Of a stretch of DNA of 64,000 nt, positions 37,323 to 46,146 are shown piece by piece. Location: the NCBI GenBank assembly GCA_041664165.1, contig JBAYLH010000004.1, positions 11,974 through 75,973 of the forward strand, given 5' to 3'. This stretch comes from Candidatus Buchananbacteria bacterium. Its GTDB lineage: Bacteria > Patescibacteriota > Patescibacteriia > Buchananbacterales > UBA6539. The number at the start of each line of letters is the position of its first letter. Position 1 is the first letter of the stretch. The notes below the pieces were generated by a model, which saw only the letters and a list, made by a program, of their open reading frames with translations, searched no databases and was not told the origin of the DNA. A program made the position numbers and the translations under genes.

Positions 37323-37709
37323 TTTATATTAATTAAGGTGGCGCAGAACCCTAGCTACGTAATTTCATCCCATTTTTACCGCCACGGGAAATCGTCCCGA
37401 TTCAAGATCGGGATCCCGACTTCCTTATTTTATAAAAAATATTTATGTACGTCGGGAAACCCCGATTACCAGAGCCCCGCCTCCGCTAACGCTCCGGCGG
37501 GCGGGCAGAATCTGGCGTCTCCCGACGTCGCCATTATTTATTTTGCCTTGGTGGCGAGTCGGGATGCCGACTTTTTTTAATATAAAATTGGAAACGTCGG
37601 CACTACACTTAGCCACAAAACTCGGGGACAGGGAGTCCCCGCCCGAACCTCCCTAATGGTAAGCATGGCGGGTGCGCCCTTTTTATATTAATTAAGGTGG
37701 CGCAGAACC
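37323..37709. repeat. 28-bp direct repeat TTTATATTAATTAAGGTGGCGCAGAACC (37323-37350, 37682-37709) bracketing a cluster of TCCCGAC/GTCGGGA-type hairpins
   Basis: Direct sequence comparison; hairpins at about 37394-37457, 37520-37564 and 37565-37602. Confidence 0.85.
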
Positions 37710-37929
37710 TTGATTGACGGAGCCCTTACCTTGATTAATAGTATCCAATTCTCGGGGACAGGGAGTCGAACCCCGATTACCAGAGCCAGAATCTGGCGTC
37801 CTACCATTAGACGATCCCCGAGAATTGGATACTATATTTTCTAAAAATCTTTTGAATACCTGGCCATAACAGGTTAAACATTAGACCTGCCTGTCGGCAG
37901 GCAGGCGATCCCCCGAGTTTTGGGGCTAA
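37458..37929 (-). pseudogene. Fragmented second copy of tRNA-Gln(CTG) interrupted by palindromic inserts
   Basis: Fragments 37458-37519, 37621-37637 and 37879-37917 match the intact tRNA. Confidence 0.8.
37751..37821 (-). tRNA. tRNA-Gln (CTG), CCA not encoded
   Basis: TCGGGGA-TC-GTCTAATGGTAGGAC-G-CCAGA-TTCTGGC-TCTGG-TAAT-CGGGG-TTCGACT-CCCTG-TCCCCGA-G. Confidence 0.95.
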
Positions 37930-37949
37930 ACGATTAAATTTAATCTATA

Positions 37950-39541
37950 TTATTCAACCAGCTGACCGCCGAAAGACTGCAAAACATTATCAATTGAATC
38001 CTGGCTGGTTTTGGCTTCCGCCAAGGTAGCCACTTCGACTTTCTCTTCGGGCAAATCTTTAACCACGGCCGTTCTGACTATCAGCTGAACGCCGAAAACA
38101 TCGCGCAAAACCTGTTCTAAAATCAGGCGATTTTTATTATCATTAACTCGCTGCTGGTGGAATTTATGGCGAAAGCAGACTTCCAAAATACCGTCTTCGC
38201 CGACAGTTGACGGCTGGGAAATTCTCAAAGTTGAAGCCAGGCTTTGGTTATATTTTTTTAGGCAAATCAAAACTTCCTCCCATTTTTCCTTGACCTGGTC
38301 CAAAGTTAATTTGACTTTAGCGATTGGTATTTTCGGAGTTTCTTTTTCCGGCTCTTTTTCTTTCACTTCCGACTCTTCGATTTTCAAAATCGGCTCGGTT
38401 TTTAGACCCGATCCCCCGCCGCCTTGCGGCTTATCATCGGAATGGCTATCGTCGCCAATTATTTCCAAAACCGCCAACTCCAGCGGCAGCTGTAAAATAT
38501 CGGCAAACTTTAATTCCTGTTTTTTTACTAAAATAATTTCAATGATCTTAATTAGAAATTCCAGGGAAATTTGGCTGGAAACTTCAATCGCTCTTTTTTC
38601 CAAATCCTTACTCAAACCGCCGGTGAATTCATTAAGTTGGCTGCTGACTTTCATCAGCAAAATTTTTCTTAAAACTTCGATTAAATCGCCGGTAAATTTA
38701 TCCAAATCAATCCCCTCGGAAACCAAGCGGTTGATTAAGCCGATCGCGCCGGCCGAATCTTTCCGGTTTAAAAATTCAATGAATTCCAGGACTAAATCAA
38801 ACCGGGAACGGGGCAAAACTAATTCGGCTTGTTCGGCCGTAATTTCCTTGTCGCCCAAAGATAAGATCTGACCCAGCAGGCTTTCCGCATCGCGGATGCC
38901 GCCTTCGGCGTAGTAAGCGATATTTTCTAAAATCGACTGGCTAACGACCTTGCCTTCTTTTTCAGTGATAAAATTCAGCCGCTTGGCGATCTCAAGCTCG
39001 GAAACTTTGCGAAAATCAAAATGCTGGCAGCGAGAAATAATCGTTTGCGGCACTTTATAAATTTCCGTGGTCGCTAAAATAAAAATGGCATGAGCCGGCG
39101 GTTCTTCCAAAGTCTTAAGTAAGGCATTAAAAGCCGAAATTGACAGCATGTGGACTTCATCGATAATGAAAACTTTGAATTTCCGGCTGGTCGGCGTAAA
39201 TCGGGAATTATTAATGATATTTTCCCGGACGTTGTCAACGCCGGTGTGCGAAGCGGCATCAATTTCAATATATCCAAAGACCGGGCCGCCATCATTTCCT
39301 GGCAGGAATCGCAGACATTGCAAGGCTCGCTTTCGTTCGGCTGGCGATTTGAGCAATTCACCGCTTTGGCCAAAAGCCGCGCCGTCGTGGTCTTGCCTAA
39401 GCCGCGGGGACCGGAAAATAAATAAGCATGAGCGACTTTGCCGGTTTCCAGCTCGCTTTGCAAGGTAGTTTTGATATGGTTTTGACCGACCACTTCCTTA
39501 AAGGTTTGCGGCCGGTATTTGCGGTATAAAGCCAAGGACAT
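37950..39541 (-). CDS. dnaX: DNA polymerase III subunit gamma/tau, interrupted by a 1-nt frameshift near 39270
   Basis: LYRKYRP, GPRGLGKTT and the Cys zinc cluster are in ORF 39074-39541; IEIDAAS, IIDEVHML, NALLKTLEEPP and SRCQ are in ORF 37950-39356. Confidence 0.93.
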
Positions 39542-39627
39542 AAAAGATTTTTACTGCTATTTAGAATAATCTGCAGCAACTAAAATTTTAACCCATTTTT
39601 TGACTTTTTGCAAGCGAAAAAAATGGC

Positions 39628-40000
39628 AAAAAAAGACCCGGGAGAAACTGGTTATATAAGTTACCGTTACTCTCCGGGTCGCATGCCCCTTGGCATATTA
39701 GGATGGGTGTATGGTCGCCCACTTACGGCGACCGGTAATAGTTGAATGAAACGCCGGAGACCGGCAGCGGGCATTACGCGAAAAAAACCGCATAACAACT
39801 CCCCTAAAATTTTTAACCCAGCAAGTTGCTGGAGGTTGATTGGGGCTACCTCCACTCTAGCCCTCACCTACGTCGCTTCATAAAACATTCCTCCTTGGTT
39901 ACCCGCCCTTATATTCTCATCCTTTGAAACTGAATGCTTTCCGGCCTTAAATTTGATGTGGCTTAGCCACGGCCAGGGCATTCCAGCAAAAGATGGTAAT
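39628..40000 (-). ncRNA. Candidate structured RNA / leader between rplY and dnaX
   Basis: Long 5' hairpin 39918-39995, RBS plus MKRRR mini-ORF, possible pseudoknot 39830-39863, terminator 39628-39680. Confidence 0.4.
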
Positions 40001-40101
40001 ACCATTATTTGATTAAATGACAAAATTTGTCAAGCGGTTTGGCCGCCAAAACTAAAACCCCCGAGTGCCGGGGGCTTTAATTATTTGAGGTTGGGTTATT
40101 A

Positions 40102-40761
40102 TTATTCCTCGGTTTTTTCCGCGGTTTCTTCTTTACCTTCAACTGCCGGCAATTCAGTTTTTTCCGGTTTGCTTTCCAAATCAGTCAATTCCTTTTCGCT
40201 TCTTGGCTCCTGAACCAAAGCGATAACGTCGTTAGGAATATTCAAAACCGTTATCCCTTCTGGGATTTTGATGTCAGCAACGTGGATAGAGTTATCGAAA
40301 GTCTTCAAAATTGACAAATCAACTTCAATTTCATGAACCAAGTACTGCGGCAGGCATTCAACATCCAAAGAATCGATATTAGTGACCAAAGTGCCGCTTA
40401 GCTCCTTAACGGCCGGCGCTTCATTGATAAATTTAAGTTCAATTTTTGTATGCAGCTTTTCATCCATTTTGATTTGATGGAAATCAACGTGCATAATTCG
40501 GTTGTTGACCGGGTCAAGCTGGTAATCCTGGATTAAAATTTTAACCGGCTTGGAGTCGTCAATAACCAAATCAACCAAAGTGCTTTCGCCGGCTTGGGTT
40601 AAAACTTTTTGAAAAACGGGATAGTCAACTGATAAATTAATCGGTTTAATTTTGTGACCATACAAAACTGCCGGAATTTTTTCCTGTTTCCGCAATTTGC
40701 CGACTTTTTTGCCGGTTTCTTTTCGGGTGGTGGCTTTTAGGATTGTTGCTGAACTTGTCAT
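40102..40761 (-). CDS. rplY: 50S ribosomal protein L25
   Basis: LR...IPAVLYG, Q.DPV...I.HVDF; C-terminal CTC domain. Confidence 0.95.
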   Translation of the reverse strand: MTSSATILKATTRKETGKKVGKLRKQEKIPAVLYGHKIKPINLSVDYPVFQKVLTQAGESTLVDLVIDDSKPVKILIQDYQLDPVNNRIMHVDFHQIKMDEKLHTKIELKFINEAPAVKELSGTLVTNIDSLDVECLPQYLVHEIEVDLSILKTFDNSIHVADIKIPEGITVLNIPNDVIALVQEPRSEKELTDLESKPEKTELPAVEGKEETAEKTEE

Positions 40762-40785
40762 AACTTTATTACCAATTCTATAGCT

Positions 40786-41136
40786 TTAATATTTAAAATT
40801 AACAAAATGATCAATCAAAACTTTATCTTTATTTAAAAGCTGCTCGTGAACTTCAATGACGTCATCGCAGGTTATCGGCTTGGCTGATTTGAATCTGATC
40901 ACGTCATCGCTAGTCAAATCAGTAACTAAGCCGACCGAACTGATGCCTGAGCTGCTGACCGTTACTACCGCCAAAACGGCAGCCTGGCAATGCCGGCAAC
41001 GGATATAAAACAAATGGGCATTATCGCTTTCTTCCAAAACTCTGGCTTCAACCGGATCGTAACGCAAATTGCAGACCGGGCAATGAGTAACCAAACTTGA
41101 GCCGTCATTAAATAAATTGGAAAGTCTGTCCTCCAT
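40786..41136 (-). CDS. Hypothetical zinc-ribbon protein (start probably ATG 41136)
   Basis: CPVC...CRHC and I..DDVIEVH motif. Confidence 0.7.
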   Translation of the reverse strand: MEDRLSNLFNDGSSLVTHCPVCNLRYDPVEARVLEESDNAHLFYIRCRHCQAAVLAVVTVSSSGISSVGLVTDLTSDDVIRFKSAKPITCDDVIEVHEQLLNKDKVLIDHFVNFKY

Positions 41137-41258
41137 AAAATACTTTAACAATATAGCTAAAATTTTGATTTTTGTCAATCCCGCGATATAAACCAATCAT
41201 TTAAGCTAAATAATTCAAATTGACGATGAATATTACCGGGCTCGGCTCGCCGTGAATC

Positions 41259-42362
41259 TTAATTGCGGTTTCTGATAATCATGCTTTCAACCATGCCGAT
41301 TAAAATCAGGCAGACAACCAGAAAGCTCCCGCCGTAGCTCAAAAAAGGCAGAGAAATTCCCGTTACCGGCACGATGCCGATATTCATGCCGATATTAATC
41401 ATAATCTGACTGAAAAACAAAGCCGAAACGCCCAAAATAAACAACTGGGCGAAACTATCTTTCATTGATTTTACCGCTTTAATCAGACGGTAAAAAATTA
41501 CGCCCAAAAAAAATAAAACTAAAATTACGCCCAAAAACCCCAGCTCTTCGGCAATGACGGCAAAGATAAAATCGGTTTCGGCCGCCGGCAGAAATTTCAG
41601 CTGGCTTTGCGAACCGAAGCCGAGCCCCCGGCCAAAAAGACCGCCGGCGCCAACCGCCGTTACCGCCTGCCGGACATGATAGCCGCGGCCGTAAGGATCA
41701 AGCGCCGGGTTGAAAAAAGTCAAAATCCGGTCTCTTTGATAGGTTTGAAAAAGAAAAAGCCAGGCAACTAAAGCCGCCAAAGCCAAGCCGCCGGCCAAAA
41801 ACAGCAGGTGCTGCTTTTTCGCTCCGGCAAACACCAGCATAAAAATCCAGATTAAAAATAAAATAATCGCCGAACCGAAATCAGGCTGAAAAATTACCAG
41901 TAAAAAAAACCCGCCGGTGATTAAAGCCGATAAGGCAAAGTTTTTAAATTGCTTTATTTCCAGGATTTTTTTACTTAAAAACCAGGCCAAAAAAGCAATT
42001 AAAGCGATTTTAGCCAATTCAACCGGCTGAAAATTTATTCCCATTAGCGAAAACCAGCCGGTGGTGCCGCGGATAGTTTTGCCTAAAAACAAAACCGCGA
42101 CTAAAGTTACGGCCACGGCAATATAAATAAAGTAGCTATAATCCTGCCAAATCCGATAATCCAAAAGACTGATTAAAAAAAGCAGGCCTAAGCCGATTAA
42201 GGCAAAGACAATCTGCTTTTTAAAATTCAAAAAATCCGGGTTTGCGGAACTGACCGAAATACTGTAAATCGCGGATAAGCCGAAAGAAACCAATAAGGCA
42301 ACTGCGCCAAACAGCATCCAATCAAAACTCTTTAAAGCCGCGAATAATCTTTTAAAAAACAT
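41259..42362 (-). CDS. rodA: Rod shape-determining protein RodA (SEDS)
   Basis: FQP.ELAK, QPDFGS, GGLFG.G...G.QSQL.FLP...TDFIF, P.TGI.LPF.SYGGS. Confidence 0.93.
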   Translation of the reverse strand: MFFKRLFAALKSFDWMLFGAVALLVSFGLSAIYSISVSSANPDFLNFKKQIVFALIGLGLLFLISLLDYRIWQDYSYFIYIAVAVTLVAVLFLGKTIRGTTGWFSLMGINFQPVELAKIALIAFLAWFLSKKILEIKQFKNFALSALITGGFFLLVIFQPDFGSAIILFLIWIFMLVFAGAKKQHLLFLAGGLALAALVAWLFLFQTYQRDRILTFFNPALDPYGRGYHVRQAVTAVGAGGLFGRGLGFGSQSQLKFLPAAETDFIFAVIAEELGFLGVILVLFFLGVIFYRLIKAVKSMKDSFAQLFILGVSALFFSQIMINIGMNIGIVPVTGISLPFLSYGGSFLVVCLILIGMVESMIIRNRN

Positions 42363-42370
42363 AAGAATTG

Positions 42371-44062
42371 TTACGCTCCGTTACGGACAAAAGTGATTAC
42401 TTTCTGACCCTCAATTAATCCCGACCTGACTTCAACCATACCTTCATCGCCTTTCAAGCCAAGGATAACTTCAACCGTTTTAGGATTGTCATTTTCTAAA
42501 ATTTGAACGATTTTTTTGCCATTTTCTTCCTTAACCGCCCGTAAAGGAATAAATAAAACGTCATTAATTTCGGCGGTTTTAACCGTAATATTGGCCGTCA
42601 TACCGGGTTTAATCTTTTCAACTACTGATTTGACGCTATCTGGCTGGTCTTTTTCAAAAGCGACCGTTACCCGATAATAGATCACGTCCTGAATTTCCGT
42701 TTGTGCCGGATTAATGGTCGTAACCGCGCCGCTGAATATATCGTCGCCGGTAAAGGCATCCAAAGTAATACTGACTTTGTCGCCGACGCTGATTTTGACA
42801 ATATCCGATTCCGGAATATCAACTTCAATTTCATAATTTTCCGCCGCCAGCATCTTAATCACCGGCTCGGTCAAATTGGTCTGTTCGCCGACCGAATAAG
42901 GCGTATCGGTAATCACGCCGGCAATCGGCGCTTTAATAATCGTTTCGTCGTATCGAGCCGCGGCCAAATCAAGGCTCGACTGGGCTTTGGCCACCTGCGC
43001 CTGGTATAAAGAAATGTCTTCCGGCCGGGCCGGGGCTTTTTTAAAATCTAAATTGGCCTGAGCCTGGGCTAAATTATTTTCCGCGGTTTTGACGTCATTT
43101 TCCGCGGCATTAACCTTGGTTTGGTAATTAAGCTTGGCGTCGGCCAAAGTTTGCTCGTCAGTATGGATGGTGGTGAGACTGGTATTAGTGGTTGTTCTTT
43201 CGGTATTAATATCGGTTTTTAAAGCGTCCAAATCCGTTTGAATCAGATTTGAGTTGATAATGACATAATCAAAAAGTTTCGATAAATTATCCAGAGTTTG
43301 ACTGACTTGGCTTAAGGCCGATAAGGTTTTATTAATCGCCGAATCAACTTTTGTAATATCGCTGTTATTGAGATTAGCTTCGCTATAGGCTAATTCCGCC
43401 CCGTCGATCATGCTTAATGAAATATTATATTGGTTTTCAACATCCTGCCGCAGCTGGGTATTGGAAGTTAAAAAATAATTCGAACTATTTTTGAAATTAA
43501 GCGTATCGTAAACTTTTTGAATCGAAATATTAGCCTTAGTTATCGCCGAATTAGCGTCAACCAGACTGCCTTGTTTTTCGTTTTGGAGCGCCTGGCTATA
43601 GGTTTGTTTGGTATTATCTAAGTCAGACTGAGCGTTAGCTAAATCGGTTTTAGATTTTTCAAACGCCGCCTGAGAAACCGCAACATCCTGAGTCGTAGCG
43701 CCGATTTTAATTTTTCCCAAATTAGCCAATGCCTGGGCTAAATCGGCTCTGGCGCTATTGACATTAATCGCCAAATCATTGGCCTTGAGCTGGGCTAAAA
43801 TTTGATCCGCTTCGACTTTATCGCCGGTTTTTACTTTCAGAATTGCCAGCTGGCCGGGATTTTTGAAATTTAAGCTGATTTCCGAGGCTGATTTGACTTT
43901 ACCGGTCGCTGAAACCGTCTGGCTGATAGTGCCGCGCTTAACCTCCTGGGTAACATACTCAACTTTTTTGCCCGAGCTGGCAAATTTAAAATAAGCGCCG
44001 ATAGCGATAATCAAAATAACGACAACGGCCCAAAAAATCTTAGACTTAAGTATTTTTTTCAT
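42371..44062 (-). CDS. Efflux periplasmic adaptor (HlyD/RND MFP) with long coiled coil
   Basis: N-terminal TM, lipoyl halves (V..GD.V; IKAPI.G.I), PESDI, KPGMTA. Confidence 0.9.
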   Translation of the reverse strand: MKKILKSKIFWAVVVILIIAIGAYFKFASSGKKVEYVTQEVKRGTISQTVSATGKVKSASEISLNFKNPGQLAILKVKTGDKVEADQILAQLKANDLAINVNSARADLAQALANLGKIKIGATTQDVAVSQAAFEKSKTDLANAQSDLDNTKQTYSQALQNEKQGSLVDANSAITKANISIQKVYDTLNFKNSSNYFLTSNTQLRQDVENQYNISLSMIDGAELAYSEANLNNSDITKVDSAINKTLSALSQVSQTLDNLSKLFDYVIINSNLIQTDLDALKTDINTERTTTNTSLTTIHTDEQTLADAKLNYQTKVNAAENDVKTAENNLAQAQANLDFKKAPARPEDISLYQAQVAKAQSSLDLAAARYDETIIKAPIAGVITDTPYSVGEQTNLTEPVIKMLAAENYEIEVDIPESDIVKISVGDKVSITLDAFTGDDIFSGAVTTINPAQTEIQDVIYYRVTVAFEKDQPDSVKSVVEKIKPGMTANITVKTAEINDVLFIPLRAVKEENGKKIVQILENDNPKTVEVILGLKGDEGMVEVRSGLIEGQKVITFVRNGA

Positions 44063-44265
44063 ACTTTAAATGCTTAATAATTACCCTAGTATTATATAAC
44101 TTTTTACCAATTTTTTCAAGTTTTTTCCATACAGTTTTTTCCATAACTTAACCGAGCAGAAAGTTAACCTCCTAAAAAATTAGTTTAGACAAAACAAAAA
44201 ATACTCTATTTCTAGAGTACTTTTTGCTATTTGAGCCTTTGGTAACCGTTTTCGAACCTCTATTC

Positions 44266-46113
44266 TTAGTTTACTATCTGGTAGCTGGAAATTGTTTCAT
44301 AATCAACATTGAATATTTTCTTGCCCTGATAAGCATTGTCAGGACTTGGCACCGTAGCGATATGTTTAAGAGTCTGGCCGGCGACTTCATAAATTTTCCA
44401 ATCCGGCGTCTTGAGCAAACTCCCGTCGGCGTATTTTTTTACCCCCAAAACCTGGCCGCCGGTTTCAATCGTCGGCAAAGGGCTGAAATAAGCCGCCAAA
44501 TCATCGTCGCTGATATTATAAATCGTTTTACCGGCATACCGGTTTAATTCAGCTAAACCGGTAATTTGTCGCGGGGATTGATTTTCAATGATATAAATTT
44601 TTCTGTTTGGAGTTCGAATCAACGCCCCGTCGGCGTATTTTTTTACCCCCAAAACCTGGCCGGGGACTGAAACTTTTTTATCAGTATATTGAGCCAACAC
44701 GCCATAATCAACGTCATAGATTCTTTTGCCGTTTAATTGATTATCTGGGCCTGCAATCGTATCAAGGTATAATAGCTTGTCATTTTGGACTAAATAAACT
44801 TTCCAGTCGCGAGTCCGCAATAAAGTGCCGTTGGCGTATTTTTTTACCCCCAAAACTTTTTCGCCGGAATTTACCCCTTGATTCTGGTAATAGTTGAAGG
44901 ATTCATTATCAATATTATAAATTTTTTGGCCGGCATAATAATTTTCACTGGCAGCCAGGGTGGCAACATGCCGAATTGTCTGGTCTTCAATAATATAAAC
45001 TTTGCCATCGGCTGTTCTGACGATTGTGCCAACCACGTATTGTTTGACGCCTAAAACTTTACCCGTCGTATCCGGGTGGCTGCCGGTATAATTTAAGCCT
45101 AAATAATTATCAATGGTCCAAAAATCGACATTATTAATCTTTTGCCCTTCATAATTATCTATTAATTCCTGATGAGTGCCGATATAACGAAATTTTTGAT
45201 TTTCAACCCGATAAATTCGCCAGTCGCAAGTTCGCAGCAATTGGCCGTCTCTAAACGTTTTCAGCCCAAAAACCGGATTTTGAGTGTAGCTATAAATGAC
45301 ATTGAAATCAACATCAAAAACCGCCGAGTCATTGTAAGTTCTTTGGCTTAGAGGAATTTTTTTGGAAACATCGACGGCTTTTTGATTTTCGATCTGATAA
45401 AGCTGGCCGTCGCAGGTCCTCAAGTAAGAACCATTAGCATATTCTTTGACGCCTAAAACTTCCGGGCCATAGTGGCAGCGGTCATAAGTTTCAAGAATCG
45501 GCGGCAAGCCCGGCGCATTAATCACGGCAAAAGTACCGATATCATTAACGGCAAAAATAGTTTTATTATCAACATCAAAAATTGCCTTTTGGCCTAAAAC
45601 CCATTGACTGTTATTATTCAAAAAATAAATTCCCAGGCTAGTCAAGTCGGCCGGCAAATTGGCAATGGTTAAATTAACGTTAAGATTCTGCAAAAAATTG
45701 CCGCTTAAATTATTGTTCCGGTCTTTGGCCGACAAATTAAAAATTTTACCGCCGATAATTGCATTCTGACTATCGCAGGGCTGATTGGTCGAATCAAGGC
45801 CGACATAATTTACTTCAAAGATAGTGTAGTCTTTAACCGCTAAAGGCGGGATTTCTAATTCCAATAAAATATCATTGCCTGATCGCCGAATTAACTTACC
45901 ATTGCGATATTGATCCGGAATCACTAGCCAATTATTAATCGCCGTTATCGGCTCTAAAATAGTACTTCCGCCCCCGCCGCCGCCATAGCCAAAAGCGATG
46001 TGGTTATTTAAAAATTCACCGGCGCCAAAATTGCCGGACAAATAGACAATGGCTAAAACCGCCAAGCTGCCTGCTGAAATATTGAATTTTGAGCGTTTAA
46101 GCAATTCAAACAT
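44266..46113 (-). CDS. Secreted protein with six tandem VLGVKKYADG-type repeats
   Basis: Signal-like N-terminus, Gly run, six ~60-aa repeats. Confidence 0.75.
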   Translation of the reverse strand: MFELLKRSKFNISAGSLAVLAIVYLSGNFGAGEFLNNHIAFGYGGGGGGSTILEPITAINNWLVIPDQYRNGKLIRRSGNDILLELEIPPLAVKDYTIFEVNYVGLDSTNQPCDSQNAIIGGKIFNLSAKDRNNNLSGNFLQNLNVNLTIANLPADLTSLGIYFLNNNSQWVLGQKAIFDVDNKTIFAVNDIGTFAVINAPGLPPILETYDRCHYGPEVLGVKEYANGSYLRTCDGQLYQIENQKAVDVSKKIPLSQRTYNDSAVFDVDFNVIYSYTQNPVFGLKTFRDGQLLRTCDWRIYRVENQKFRYIGTHQELIDNYEGQKINNVDFWTIDNYLGLNYTGSHPDTTGKVLGVKQYVVGTIVRTADGKVYIIEDQTIRHVATLAASENYYAGQKIYNIDNESFNYYQNQGVNSGEKVLGVKKYANGTLLRTRDWKVYLVQNDKLLYLDTIAGPDNQLNGKRIYDVDYGVLAQYTDKKVSVPGQVLGVKKYADGALIRTPNRKIYIIENQSPRQITGLAELNRYAGKTIYNISDDDLAAYFSPLPTIETGGQVLGVKKYADGSLLKTPDWKIYEVAGQTLKHIATVPSPDNAYQGKKIFNVDYETISSYQIVN

Positions 46114-46146
46114 AAGTCTTTGGTTAGGTAAAAATAGTCTCTTATC

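Noticed and set aside
37338-37580. 80-aa ORF
   Set aside because: Composed of palindromic repeats and tRNA fragments.
37323-37929. CRISPR array or integrase att site at tRNA-Gln
   Set aside because: There is no regular repeat-spacer period, no cas or integrase gene, and the duplicated pieces cover both tRNA ends and the middle.
39900-40000. SRP RNA (ffs), often found upstream of dnaX
   Set aside because: The helix 8 motif (CAGG.CC-GNRA-GG.AGCA) is not matched; only a partial AGGCCGGAAAGCA is present.
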